Assembly (NCBI GenBank): GCA_965249485.1 | Contig: CBDFMG010000005.1 | Coordinates: forward strand, 32,001 to 96,000 | Reading direction: 5' to 3' | Source of the DNA: a bacterium | GTDB taxonomy: Bacteria > SM23-31 | Length of the DNA: 64,000 nucleotides | Shown: piece after piece, positions 21,217 through 31,684 of the stretch | How the letters are laid out: every line of letters starts with the position of its first letter | Position numbering within the stretch: position 1 is the first letter of the stretch | Program-made: the position numbers and the translations under genes | The notes under the pieces: generated by a model | Told to the model about the DNA's origin: nothing | The model's database searches: none | The model's input: only the letters and a program-made list of their open reading frames with translations

Positions 21217-22053
21217 ATGGCTACAATACTAAAAGTCGATAAGGGCCAAAGAGGAATTTATGACAAAAGAAACAAGGTCAACAATCTTACTGGAAAGGAA
21301 TGGCTTCAAATGTCAAAAAGCGTCTGGATAAGCAAGAGAAACGCCATAGACAAAGATGCGTTTGAACATCCTGCACCATTTTTGATTGAAGATATTAAAA
21401 GATTAATTCTTCTCTTTACAAAGGAAAATGATCATGTCGCAGATATTTTTATGGGTAGCGGAACCACTGTCATATCATCTGCGTTAGCTGGACGACATGG
21501 GATAGGCATTGATCTCAACAAACAATATTGCAATCTGGCAAAAAAAAGACTTCGTAAGCTCAAGGTTCCAAAAAAGGACTATTCTATAATTAACGGTGAT
21601 TCCTTAGAGGAGATAAAAAAACTAGATATGATAGACTATTGTGTAACATCTCCTCCATATCACAACATACTAAAAAACAAGGGAATGGGATTGCGACATG
21701 ATGGTAGTCAAAAAAGACAGGGAATAGAATATTATTCAGATGACTCAAATGATGTGGGTAACAAAAAGACGTATCCTGCATACCTAAAATCAGTTGAAAC
21801 GATAATGAAAGAAGTGCATAGTAAACTTGGTGACAAAAAATACTGTACTGTGATAATTAGTGATTTTACAGTAAACAAAAAAGAGACAAATGCACACGGA
21901 GATATGATAAACATTATGCAGCGCATCGGATTTGAGTTTGTTGGAAATATTGTTCTGGTACAAGACAGCAAACCACTGTACCCTTTTGGGTATCCATATG
22001 CATTTAAGATAAATCATGTCCACCAATACCTCTTGAATTTCAGAAAAGTGTGA
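21217..22053 (+). CDS. N4C/N6A DNA methyltransferase
   Basis: HPAPF, DIFMGSGT, TSPPY. Confidence 0.9.
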   Translation: MATILKVDKGQRGIYDKRNKVNNLTGKEWLQMSKSVWISKRNAIDKDAFEHPAPFLIEDIKRLILLFTKENDHVADIFMGSGTTVISSALAGRHGIGIDLNKQYCNLAKKRLRKLKVPKKDYSIINGDSLEEIKKLDMIDYCVTSPPYHNILKNKGMGLRHDGSQKRQGIEYYSDDSNDVGNKKTYPAYLKSVETIMKEVHSKLGDKKYCTVIISDFTVNKKETNAHGDMINIMQRIGFEFVGNIVLVQDSKPLYPFGYPYAFKINHVHQYLLNFRKV

Positions 22054-22154
22054 TTTTACATTGATTCTTTGAATGATTTTATGAAAGAATCCTCATTCCC
22101 TGTATTGTCTTTTGTAAAATTTTCAAGGTTCCTAGAAATTGATCAAGAAGATGT

Positions 22155-22242
22155 AGGAGCTGGGGGAAGTGACGCTTGTGGAGAGTGCAAAGCATTCAAT
22201 GAAACAAGAAGAGGCCACCGTACTTGTTGGGTGGTAGTTCAC
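22155..22242 (+). ncRNA. Detached IS605 right end, candidate omega-RNA scaffold
   Basis: ~88 nt nearly identical to the reverse complement of 27340..27427, without tnpB and with a different 3' flank. Confidence 0.6.
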
Positions 22243-22305
22243 TGATTAGTTTAGAGAATGATTCATTTCTGAAATTTTAGAAGATCTTTAACATAAACCA
22301 AAAAT

Positions 22306-22644
22306 TTGACAGACTGTAAACGCTGCGGAATTATAATCCTATTTGAGAATGGATTGTGCTTTTCTCAAAATGGAGTTCCTCATGATATTAGAAGATGTAA
22401 GACTATTCCCGGATATGTTTGGTGTCCAATACATAGAGCAAAATTCTCAAAAAGACATCCATGTGAACATTATGTACAATATGGATATGAATCTGATTAC
22501 AAAAGACTCAAACGAATTAGAGAGATTGGAATCGAGCTTTTGGATGCTGGCAAAAAAACCAGAGAGACAAACACACCATACCATATGATTCAAAAATTTC
22601 ATGATTTCAAGTTTGCAATATTTGGTAAGGAGATGAGCTTTTGA
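22306..22644 (+). CDS. Hypothetical Cys/His protein
   Basis: CKRCG...PH...C. Confidence 0.5.
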   Translation: MTDCKRCGIIILFENGLCFSQNGVPHDIRRCKTIPGYVWCPIHRAKFSKRHPCEHYVQYGYESDYKRLKRIREIGIELLDAGKKTRETNTPYHMIQKFHDFKFAIFGKEMSF

Positions 22645-22853
22645 GCTGTAATGAAATTTGTGTAAAATACAAGGCACTAAAACCTTCTACAGGAGGAAGA
22701 TATGCAGCAGGACAAAAACGATGTATGTCCTGTGAAATTTACATAAACTTTCCAGGAAAATATTGTCCTTGCTGTAAACACAGACTTAGAACAATGCCAC
22801 GCAACAGCAAGTACAAAGCAAAGTACCGAGCAAGTAAGGAGGCAAATTCCTAA
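22641..22853 (+). CDS. Small Cys-rich zinc-binding protein
   Basis: Paralog of 75..299. Confidence 0.8.
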   Translation: MSCNEICVKYKALKPSTGGRYAAGQKRCMSCEIYINFPGKYCPCCKHRLRTMPRNSKYKAKYRASKEANS

Positions 22854-22953
22854 TGGCTCAATTTGGAAGGCATCTTGACTGTAGAGCCAATAACTGTAAT
22901 TTTGTAGCAAAGACTCAACGAGAATTAAAAAAACACATGGAGGAACATGGGAT

Positions 22954-23508
22954 TTGAAACTAGAAGAAGCTAGAGCAATTGCAAATAACTTACTTAATGA
23001 AATTGGAGGTCATTTTGAAATTTTACAAATTGTAGGTTCAGTTAGGCGTAATTGTGAGGCAGTACATGATATAGATTTTGTTGGAATTAGAAAATCTGAA
23101 TCTGAATATAATTTTGGAGAACTAAGTCTAGAAGCTCATATACAAATTCTTGATCCTATGGGATATGTAGAAACAAAAACCAAAACTAACATCACTAGAT
23201 TCTTAGATGGTCCATTAATCAAACGATTCCGATACAAAGAAGCTTCAATTGATTTGTATCTTGCAGATGGGCCAACATTTGAAACTCTAAAACTAATCAG
23301 AACAGGTTCCAAAGAACATAACATTAGATTAACAACACTTGCAAGAAGTAAAGGACTCAAACTATTTGCTTCTGGAAAAGGGCTTTGCAAAATTAAAGGG
23401 GGAATCTACAACAACGAGCCTGAAGAGATTGTCAAAGTAGTTGAAAATACTGAAGATGGAATCTTGCAGAATCTTCTTGGACGAATTCCAAAACCTGAGG
23501 AGAGATGA
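22954..23508 (+). CDS. Minimal X-family DNA polymerase (palm and thumb only)
   Basis: GSVRR, DID, IDLY, TGSKEHNIRL. Confidence 0.85.
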   Translation: MKLEEARAIANNLLNEIGGHFEILQIVGSVRRNCEAVHDIDFVGIRKSESEYNFGELSLEAHIQILDPMGYVETKTKTNITRFLDGPLIKRFRYKEASIDLYLADGPTFETLKLIRTGSKEHNIRLTTLARSKGLKLFASGKGLCKIKGGIYNNEPEEIVKVVENTEDGILQNLLGRIPKPEER

Positions 23509-23671
23509 AATTGAAAGGACTTTGCCATACTTGTCATTCCAGTAATGTAAAAACTGAGTTAGATGAATTCAAAAAACCAATCTGTATTAGTTGTAGAGAA
23601 GAAAAAGCTGCAACCAAAAGACAACAGGAGGATCAAAATTGAGTGAATCACAAGAAGAACTTCTGTCAAGA

Positions 23672-23717
23672 GTGAACTACCACCTAACAAGTACGGTGGC
23701 CTTCTCGCCGTGTGGTT
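23672..23717 (-). mobile_element. 46-bp IS605 end-fusion mini element
   Basis: TTAT on - strand precedes left tip; hybrid hairpin arms. Confidence 0.8.
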
Positions 23718-23946
23718 ATAACCTAACGCCCAAAAATATCTGAAATGAACTAACTAGCATCACACTAGCATTGCACAAGATACACCACAACACAAGTTAG
23801 AGGTACAAGATGCCTGACAAGTCCTTGAATCGTGAACATGCAATGCGATGTGTGTGTGGGCATGCAAGATTTGAACACAAAAACAACTCACACATACCTC
23901 ACATGGAAAAACATCCAAAGTATAACTTTGAGTGCTGGATGCTTGA

Positions 23947-24516
23947 ATGCGACTGCACAAAATACACCCAACAGCAATGAAGTTCCAAAAACCGACAAGC
24001 AGGTACAGAGTCGATTCTGATCCTCATATCTGGCCATGGTGGACTGTAAGGGTGCAGAAAAACTCTGTGATTCACAAACTTTTATCCGCGCTTGCAGACC
24101 GTCCGCTAAAGTCAAAGGAGACAGAAAGGCACCATGACCTGAGACAAACCTCAGTGATTCGTGCGATACATTATGGACTGGTAGAAAGAAAAGGCGATAC
24201 ACTGCACATCACAGAGGACGGCAAAAAGATCCATACAGCACTACAGATTGGGATACCCCCACAGTCATTACTTATTTTAGGTGTGATATACGCAAAGATG
24301 TATTTTGTTGGATTTTACATAAGGTTGCCTGAGCAATACATGCATGTCAACATATCACAAGACCAAGTGAAATATGGCTTTAGGCATCTGTCAGATAAAA
24401 AACTGATTCGCAGAATAAACGTTCCAAAAATCTGGTACATCCCACAAGACAACATGAGACGACTTGGTCCATATCATGAAATTCTGCTGAATATCAGCGA
24501 ACAGATCTTGTATTGA
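23947..24516 (+). CDS. Hypothetical protein, possible winged helix
   Basis: GLVE......HITEDGK pattern. Confidence 0.5.
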   Translation: MRLHKIHPTAMKFQKPTSRYRVDSDPHIWPWWTVRVQKNSVIHKLLSALADRPLKSKETERHHDLRQTSVIRAIHYGLVERKGDTLHITEDGKKIHTALQIGIPPQSLLILGVIYAKMYFVGFYIRLPEQYMHVNISQDQVKYGFRHLSDKKLIRRINVPKIWYIPQDNMRRLGPYHEILLNISEQILY

Positions 24517-24935
24517 TGTCAATGAGCAACAATTCTGGTGATGCGACACAGATTGACGCGCTTGCAGCATATATTGAGCACTCTTGTAACATACCAAAGT
24601 TTCGGATTAAAAAAGAGCACTATATCCTGCTTGAGAGAAGAAGATACACGCTGCTTGGCGTGTACACAAAGATCGGCGCAGTCATATTCAGTCGCACGAT
24701 AATTCACAGGCCAGACATTCTAATACTTGATCCAAAACTGTCGAAAATACGTCTGCTGATAGAGCTTGACGGCTCATCGCATGATCATATTAAAAAAAAT
24801 CGCAGAAAAACAAGAATACGTAATACAAACTATCACCGTGCGCGCATTCCCTATTTTGTGATTAACATCAAAAAGTATAGGGAAGAGCACAAGTCGTGGT
24901 TTGATGCAATTGACAGGTGCCTGAAACACAAATGA
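24513..24935 (+). CDS. DUF559/Vsr-like PD-(D/E)xK endonuclease
   Basis: RPDILI...IELDGSSH. Confidence 0.7.
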   Translation: MMSMSNNSGDATQIDALAAYIEHSCNIPKFRIKKEHYILLERRRYTLLGVYTKIGAVIFSRTIIHRPDILILDPKLSKIRLLIELDGSSHDHIKKNRRKTRIRNTNYHRARIPYFVINIKKYREEHKSWFDAIDRCLKHK

Positions 24936-24991
24936 AACCATACAAAAAACCACCGCAGAGGTAACAGCACCTTAATTCACACAATCATATA

Positions 24992-26002
24992 TTGGAAAAT
25001 CCTACTGCTGTAGAGTTATTTGCAGGTGCAGGAGGAATGGCACTAGGTCTAGAGGAAGCACATTTTGATACTAAAATGCTTGTTGAATATGACAGAGACT
25101 GTGTACTAACTCTGAGAAAAAACAGACCAAAATGGAATGTAATACATCAAGATATTTCAAAGGTAAAATTCAAGGGAATCAAAGCTGATTTGATCACTGG
25201 CGGTTTTCCATGCCAGTCATTTAGTCATGCAGGTAACAAGCTTGGATTTGATGATGTGAGAGGCACAATGTTTTACGAGTTTGCACGGGCTGTTAAGGAG
25301 ATGAAGCCAAAAATATTCCTAGCTGAAAACGTAGAGGCGATAATTAGAAACAATGATGGTAAGACATTACAGGTTATCTTGAATGTTTTAGAATCATTGG
25401 GATATTTTGTACAGTATAAAGTGTTAAACGCTGTTGATTACAAGGTTCCACAAAAACGCAAGCGAGTCATCTTTGTGGGGACATCAAAGGGAATAAAATT
25501 TGAATTTCCAAAATCTAATAATGAAACAGTCACATTAAGACACGCCTTGCAGGATGTTCCAAAATCCCCAGGTACAAAATATTCGGAATCAAGAAAGAAG
25601 ATACTTGACCATGTGCCTGCCGGTGGTTCTTGGGTAGACTTGCCAGTCAAACTACAAAAAGAATATCTCGGTAAGAGCTACTATTCCACAGGAGGCAGAC
25701 GAGGCATGGCAAGAAGAATATCATTAGACGAACCATGTCTTACTTTGACCTGTTCACCAGCTCAAAAAATGACCGATAGAATCCATCCAAAAGAAACTAG
25801 GCCATTTACCGTAAGAGAGTATGCAAGGATACAGACGTTTCCAGATTCATGGAAGTTTGAGGGAGGCATGACTTCACAATACAAGCAGATAGGAAACGCA
25901 GTACCGGTAAGACTGGCTACTGCATTAGGCAAGTCACTATACAACTCATTGAGACGACCTGAACTGGTTGTAAGTGTAAGACAGACAAAACTAGCGTGTT
26001 AA
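24992..26002 (+). CDS. C5 cytosine DNA methyltransferase (Sau96I/Eco47II-like)
   Basis: LFAGAGG, GFPCQ, ENV, QKRKR, GMARR, QIGNAVP. Confidence 0.93.
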   Translation: MENPTAVELFAGAGGMALGLEEAHFDTKMLVEYDRDCVLTLRKNRPKWNVIHQDISKVKFKGIKADLITGGFPCQSFSHAGNKLGFDDVRGTMFYEFARAVKEMKPKIFLAENVEAIIRNNDGKTLQVILNVLESLGYFVQYKVLNAVDYKVPQKRKRVIFVGTSKGIKFEFPKSNNETVTLRHALQDVPKSPGTKYSESRKKILDHVPAGGSWVDLPVKLQKEYLGKSYYSTGGRRGMARRISLDEPCLTLTCSPAQKMTDRIHPKETRPFTVREYARIQTFPDSWKFEGGMTSQYKQIGNAVPVRLATALGKSLYNSLRRPELVVSVRQTKLAC

Positions 26003-26167
26003 AACGCCTTTCTAAACCATAATTTTAGATTCTCAATGTCCTTCATTGTGTGAGAAATCTGTACGCCAGTTGCGAGATTTTGCAAAAGTAGAGGTTGGGA
26101 TTACCACTGGCTATAACCAGTTTTTCTCAGTCACAAAATCACTAGTAAATGAATTTGAGATGCAAAA

Positions 26168-26977
26168 ATGAGTCAAAAACTATTACCTGTGATAAAATGG
26201 AGTGGGAGTAAACGTTCACAAGCTTCAAAAATTGTAAGTTTATTTCCTGATTTTGAAAAATATTATGAGCCTTTTCTTGGAGGAGGTTCTGTACTAATTC
26301 AGTCAAATGCAAAAACTGCAATTTGTGGAGATGTTTGTAAGCCTCTAATTGATTTTTGGGATTTGATTAAAAACAATCCTTCCAAATTAGTGGAAGAGTA
26401 TGAATCACGATGGACAAAACTTCAAGATGAAGGATATATGACATATTATCACATCAGAGATGAATTCAATCAAAATCAGAACCCATATGATTTACTCTTT
26501 TTATCTAGAACCTGTGTCAATGGTTTGATTCGTTTTAACAGTAAGGGAGAATTCAACAATTCTTTCCACCACACTAGAAAAGGAATCAATCCACAAACAT
26601 TAGCTAAAATCATTTTTCAATGGTCAGATTTAATTCAGAGTCACATCTTTATCCACGGTCATTACACTAAAACTACAAAGAAAATCACGCCTAAAGATTT
26701 CGTATATCTAGACCCTCCTTACTTCAATACAGTTGGCATGTATTATGGAAAAATCATACATGATGATCTTATTGCTTATCTAGAGGAATTAAATTCAAAA
26801 AATATCAAATTTGCATTGTCTTTTGATGGTCAAAGAGCTTCAAAAAAATACTCAGGAAATTTACCTAAAAAATTGTTTAAGCGTCATCTGCTTTTAGAGT
26901 CAGGTAACTCTTCATTCAAAAAAGTTATGTATAAACAAGTTGAAAGTGTAAAGGAATCCATCTATCTTAATTTTTAG
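26168..26977 (+). CDS. Dam-like (D12 class) N6-adenine DNA methyltransferase
   Basis: KWSGSK, EPFLGGGSV, NGLIRFN, YLDPPY. Confidence 0.92.
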   Translation: MSQKLLPVIKWSGSKRSQASKIVSLFPDFEKYYEPFLGGGSVLIQSNAKTAICGDVCKPLIDFWDLIKNNPSKLVEEYESRWTKLQDEGYMTYYHIRDEFNQNQNPYDLLFLSRTCVNGLIRFNSKGEFNNSFHHTRKGINPQTLAKIIFQWSDLIQSHIFIHGHYTKTTKKITPKDFVYLDPPYFNTVGMYYGKIIHDDLIAYLEELNSKNIKFALSFDGQRASKKYSGNLPKKLFKRHLLLESGNSSFKKVMYKQVESVKESIYLNF

Positions 26978-27344
26978 TTAATGCTGATTTCAGATGCGAG
27001 TAAAATTATGACGTGAAAATACCGTTGAAGGTAAAGGATAAGATGAAGATTACACTAGAAAATCCATAATCTAAGCCCTGCTAACTTGACAGAACCCAGA
27101 ATTTCCAGTAAAGGTCTCATCAGATGGTAGACATAGTATGATTTGTAGAATCCCAAAACCAGTTCTTGATTTTTTGAACAATCCCAGACACATACGATTT
27201 ATGATAAAAGGAAAGCATATCATCATTCAGGAGGGAAGTAACAACGTCTAAAACTTTTATAAAAAAATTAGGTCTTGAAAAACAAACTCCTTTCTATACT
27301 ACATCTAGAGGAGTATTGTATAATGATGATTCCGTGTCAGTGAA

Positions 27345-28520
27345 CTACCACCCAACAAGTTGGGTGGCCTCTTCTTGTTTCATTGAATGCTTTGCACTCT
27401 CCACAAGCGTAACTTCCCCCAGCTCCTGAGGTAGTTTGTTTAATCCTTTGTTTAGGATATTGATTGATGCGTTTTGATCTCTATCCAAGATCAAGTTACA
27501 CTTGTCGCATCTGTGAATTCTGATTGCCAAACTTTTTGGTACTGCACTGCCACATCTTGAACAGTCGACAGTTGTGTTTTTGGGATCAACTCTGACTAGC
27601 ATCTTGCATTTGTATTCCAGTTTTTGTATGAAAGCGCCCCAGCTTGCATCCATGATTGGCTGTGCCAGCCTGTGATTTTTTACCATGTTGGTCAGCTGCA
27701 GTTTTTCAACAAACACAACATCATTGTTTTTGGCATACTGCGCTGACAGCTTGTGCTGAAAGTCATTTCTCCTGTTTGCAATCTTTTCATGTATTTTCTG
27801 CATTTTGAGAATTGATTTTAGCCTGTTGTTTGAGCCCCTCTTTCTTCTTGATACCTTTCTCTGGATTCTTCTCAGTGGCTTTAGCATCTTTTGCAGGTTC
27901 TTTGGGTTGGGTGTCTGCGAACCGCTGCTATCGTATGCAAATGATTTTATCCCAACGTCAATGCCTGCCGCTTTAGAAAATGAGATCTTTGGAATGCTGG
28001 TTGCTGATTCTTGCATGTCTACAGTCAAGCACGCAAACCATTTGCCTGACTTTGATTTTGTCACTATTGCCTGCTTGATGTCTGAATCCTCTGGAATCAG
28101 ACGGTGTTGCCTGATTTCTATACATCCAATCTTTGAGAGATACAACAGATCAGTGTTGCTGTGTCGTTTGATCTTGAATCCAGTCTGGTTATAGGTAAAT
28201 GTCCTAAAGTCATGATACCTGCAAAATCGCAAACTTCCTGTCCTGTATCCTTTTTTGGATTTTTCAATCAGTGCCTTTTGAGCTCCGTCTATCTGTGATG
28301 ATACTGACTGGAGCATTTTAGAATGGTACTGATACAGCCATGATTCCTGTTGTTTTAGCTCAGTCAGAAAATAGTTGCAGTCATTTCGTGACACAAATCC
28401 GTTTCTGCCAAAATCTACAAGTCTGTTGTATACCCACCTGCATACTGCCAGGTTGTTTTGCAATTTCTTTTCCTGAGCGTCATTTGGGTACAGTCTGAAT
28501 CTGTAGTTTCTTGTTATCAT
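27345..28520 (-). CDS. tnpB: RNA-guided endonuclease TnpB
   Basis: YRFRLYP, GIDVG, VEKL, CSRCG..CDKC, DRDQNASINI; D-E-D triad intact. Confidence 0.95.
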   Translation of the reverse strand: MITRNYRFRLYPNDAQEKKLQNNLAVCRWVYNRLVDFGRNGFVSRNDCNYFLTELKQQESWLYQYHSKMLQSVSSQIDGAQKALIEKSKKGYRTGSLRFCRYHDFRTFTYNQTGFKIKRHSNTDLLYLSKIGCIEIRQHRLIPEDSDIKQAIVTKSKSGKWFACLTVDMQESATSIPKISFSKAAGIDVGIKSFAYDSSGSQTPNPKNLQKMLKPLRRIQRKVSRRKRGSNNRLKSILKMQKIHEKIANRRNDFQHKLSAQYAKNNDVVFVEKLQLTNMVKNHRLAQPIMDASWGAFIQKLEYKCKMLVRVDPKNTTVDCSRCGSAVPKSLAIRIHRCDKCNLILDRDQNASINILNKGLNKLPQELGEVTLVESAKHSMKQEEATQLVGW

Positions 28521-28567
28521 GAAGTTACCCAGCTTTGATATTGTGATGCAATGTTAAATTGTTTGTC

Positions 28568-28691
28568 ATGAGAACCGCTGCAAGCTCGGCTGCATGCAAT
28601 ATCAACTATCATTTGGTATGATATCCAAAATATCGCAAGAAGATTCCAGGTGGCAGAACAATTGAGACATATTCGTGAACAGGAAAAGTAG
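28568..28691 (+). pseudogene. tnpA: IS200 TnpA remnant
   Basis: NINYHLV*YPKYRKK joined to C-terminal HIREQEK. Confidence 0.75.
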
Positions 28692-28792
28692 GCGATTCAT
28701 CCACCGTACAAGTACGGTGGTCTTCTCGCCGTGTGATGATAACAATAACACTAAACGGTTCTGATAGACTTCGGTGATCCGATCACTAAAAT

Positions 28793-29014
28793 TTACCAGA
28801 ACCTGGTTTTGGTTCTGGCTTTTTTTAATCGCTCAATTTCTTCCTGTAATGTTGTGAAACTTTCTCCTTGTAAATCTTTCAGTATTGCTTCTGTATCATT
28901 GAATGCTCTAATTGGTTTTGTAACTATGGTTCGAAGTTTTTTGTACTCTTGATATTCTTGTAATGCTTTTTGTTGTTTTTTATCAAGCACGTCTGTTCTT
29001 TTCATGTTCATCAT
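28793..29014 (-). CDS. Hypothetical protein
   Basis: 73-aa ORF; its 5' part is duplicated at 21081..21134. Confidence 0.5.
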   Translation of the reverse strand: MMNMKRTDVLDKKQQKALQEYQEYKKLRTIVTKPIRAFNDTEAILKDLQGESFTTLQEEIERLKKARTKTRFW

Positions 29015-29032
29015 TGCTGTATAAATTTAATC

Positions 29033-29078
29033 GTGAACTACCACCGTACAAGTACTGTGGCCTTCTCGCCGTGTGATT
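29033..29078 (-). mobile_element. 46-bp IS605 end-fusion mini element
   Basis: TTAT on - strand precedes left tip; ends TTCAC. Confidence 0.8.
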
Positions 29079-29127
29079 ATAAAGGGAAAAGATAAGTGGT
29101 TGACATTGATACAAAATTCGACATATT

Positions 29128-29475
29128 ATGGTTGATTTAGACACTCAAATGAAAATAGATACTTTGCTAGATTATGCTTATGATAAAACCATTGAAAGAA
29201 TAAACGCAATAGAAGATGCACAACATAACATCTATCAAACATTGCTCATGACAAAAGGAGATCACAAGTCATTTCTTTGTGCATACATTAATTATTATTG
29301 TGGTTGTTTAGAAGGCATATTTTTCACTAGATTCCTAGAAGAAGTTGATAGAATGCCTTCACCATCAGAAAATGTGTTCATAAAAGAATCTATGGAACCC
29401 AAGCTTGAGGATTTAAAAAAAATTGTTCTAGATATAGCAACCAAAAAATTTGATGAACATGAATCCAATGTATGA
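29128..29475 (+). CDS. Hypothetical protein
   Basis: 115-aa ORF. Confidence 0.6.
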   Translation: MVDLDTQMKIDTLLDYAYDKTIERINAIEDAQHNIYQTLLMTKGDHKSFLCAYINYYCGCLEGIFFTRFLEEVDRMPSPSENVFIKESMEPKLEDLKKIVLDIATKKFDEHESNV

Positions 29476-29503
29476 ATTTTGTAATGAGTATCTGGTCTCA
29501 AAC

Positions 29504-29943
29504 GGTTCTGTGTAATCTGCGAGGGTCTATTTTCAAATCTTTTACCTGTTCACATTCGAGTGCTGATATGAACAAAAACAGGAAAAAGCAGAAATTAAAT
29601 ACCAAAAAAACCATTTACTAGCATGAGGCCCATTTATGCAGAAATTCCAGTATTGTTTATTGAAGATTGTGAAAAAATAACTGGTATTCCTTGTAAGTCA
29701 ACAGATTTTAAATCATGTGATGCATGTGATGAAATAGCCTATAATTGTGGAGATGAAGCAATACAAACCATGGATGAGAAAGGTTATGATGTTTATGATT
29801 TATCGGGCCCATACATTTCAGATGAAGCAGAAAATAGAGGCAAATGGACAGTATGGACTAAATGTTTTAAAAAAAAGTAACTAGCCTCCGCAAGTAAACA
29901 CAAAGAATTTCGGTATTTCAAACCACGTAGATTGCACAGAGCC
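29504..29943. mobile_element. Possible MITE with 18-bp terminal inverted repeats carrying ORF 29623..29880
   Basis: GGTTCTGTGTAATCTGCG vs GGCTCTGTGCAATCTACG (reverse complement), 15/18 match. Confidence 0.45.
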
Positions 29944-29981
29944 AAACAAAATTAGATAGCGTTCTTGAAAAAATTAAAAAA

Positions 29982-30368
29982 TCACATGTAAGAAGTTAAT
30001 TTACCAAGTAAATGATTTTCCATTGGAATGACATTTTTTACCCAAATTCTAGCTCCGTTGGGGTGAAAATATTTTTTTGGCTCATCAAATGTTTCACAAA
30101 CATCTATTTCCCATGCGTAACATGAGAAACCATCATCAATATCTTCAACAGATGACTGATGTAAATTATAATTTTCTTTTAGTTCTTTAAATCCTAGTGG
30201 ACCTTTAGTATTTTTTATCTTGATCTTCCCTAACATGTTTCCCTCACTTAAAAGATAAACTTCTGAATTGATTTTTTCTGTTGGAGGTTTTCGAGTTCTT
30301 AACTCCCATGTTTTCTTTTTCCCAATAATCAAATTTGCATATGGTTGACTAACAATTAACCCATCCAT
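29982..30368 (-). CDS. ASCH domain protein
   Basis: QPYANLII.GKKTWELR. Confidence 0.85.
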   Translation of the reverse strand: MDGLIVSQPYANLIIGKKKTWELRTRKPPTEKINSEVYLLSEGNMLGKIKIKNTKGPLGFKELKENYNLHQSSVEDIDDGFSCYAWEIDVCETFDEPKKYFHPNGARIWVKNVIPMENHLLGKLTSYM

Positions 30369-30706
30369 TATTTTACACTCTTAAACTCTGAAATTCTTCT
30401 TTATAACCTTCTTTGTCAGAATCCGTAATAATTATGAGAAAAAAAGAGTCAAAGAATTTCATCCTAGGCTGGTTAATAAGGTAATATACTTTGGAAAACA
30501 GAAAGGTTTGGGATATGACGTGTCATCAATAGTTGCAAAGGATCCAAATGCAGAACCATACAAATATCATGTGGAATTTCAATTCGATCCCAAAGAAGAT
30601 GAGAGTAAATGGCTGAGAATTTAAAGGCAGTATCATTATTGTTCAAGCTGGGTAAAAACAAGGTGTCTATTGAGGCGGGTAGTAAATGAGAAAATGGTAG
30701 GATAGT

Positions 30707-31684
30707 ATGTCAAATAAAAAAAGTTTAGAGAAAGCATTTTCAGCTAAAAAGGATGAATTTTACACACAGCTTTCAGATATTGAAAATGAACTAAAACACT
30801 ATCAAAAATATTTTCGTGGTAAAACTGTTCTTTGTAACTGTGATGATCCCCGAATTAGTAATTTCTTTCATTACTTTTCATATAACTTTGAAAAACTGAA
30901 ACTAAAGAAACTCATTACCACTTGTTACGAAAGCCAAGACATGAATTATTTTAGTAAAAAGGATTCTGAACAAGCTATTTACCTTGAATATACAGGGGAC
31001 AAAAACGATAACAAAATCCCAGATCCTGATGAAATTGGCATATTTCATCTTGAACAAGATGGAGATTTTAGAAGTGATGAATGTATAGAAATGCTAAAAC
31101 AGTGTGATGTTGTTGTTACTAATCCGCCATTCTCCTTATTTCGAGAGTATATTGCACAATTAATGAAATACAAAAAAAAGTTCATCATAATCGGTCACCA
31201 AAACGCTATCTCTTATGTTGAAACATTCAAACTGATAAAGGAAAACAAAATTTGGTTCGGTCATGGCTTCAAGGGAGGGGCTGGACACTTTTTAACCAAT
31301 TACAAAGATGAAGCGGTTGCTGGTAACCATAAAGAAGGAATGGTTAGAGTATCGGGTGTAAATTGGTTCACGAACCTTGATATTGTAAAACGTCATGAAA
31401 ATTTAATTTGTTATATGAAATACGATAAAGCGGAATATCCAAAATATGATAATTATGATGCCATAAACATCAACAAAACAAAGGAAATTCCTATGGATTA
31501 TAAGGGATTAATGGGTGTGCCAATAACCTTTTTGGATAAATACAATCCTGAACAGTTTAAGATAATAGATGCGATTGGAAGATACAGTCTTTTAGACGGT
31601 GCCACAAAAAAAACAAAAGGCAAGTATTTGACAGAAATAAACAAAAAACGTGTATATGCACGGGTTATAATTAAACGTAAATGA
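30707..31684 (+). CDS. EcoRI-methylase-family adenine methyltransferase
   Basis: KDEFYT, CNCDDP, GDFRS, VTNPPFSLFREY, MGVPITFLDK. Confidence 0.92.
   Translation: MSNKKSLEKAFSAKKDEFYTQLSDIENELKHYQKYFRGKTVLCNCDDPRISNFFHYFSYNFEKLKLKKLITTCYESQDMNYFSKKDSEQAIYLEYTGDKNDNKIPDPDEIGIFHLEQDGDFRSDECIEMLKQCDVVVTNPPFSLFREYIAQLMKYKKKFIIIGHQNAISYVETFKLIKENKIWFGHGFKGGAGHFLTNYKDEAVAGNHKEGMVRVSGVNWFTNLDIVKRHENLICYMKYDKAEYPKYDNYDAININKTKEIPMDYKGLMGVPITFLDKYNPEQFKIIDAIGRYSLLDGATKKTKGKYLTEINKKRVYARVIIKRK

Larger units (their letters stand above)
27340..28738 (-). mobile_element. IS200/IS605-family element with intact tnpB and decayed divergent tnpA
   Basis: Left end follows TTAT on - strand; subterminal hairpins at both ends; right end ...GTAGTTCAC. 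Confidence 0.9.
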
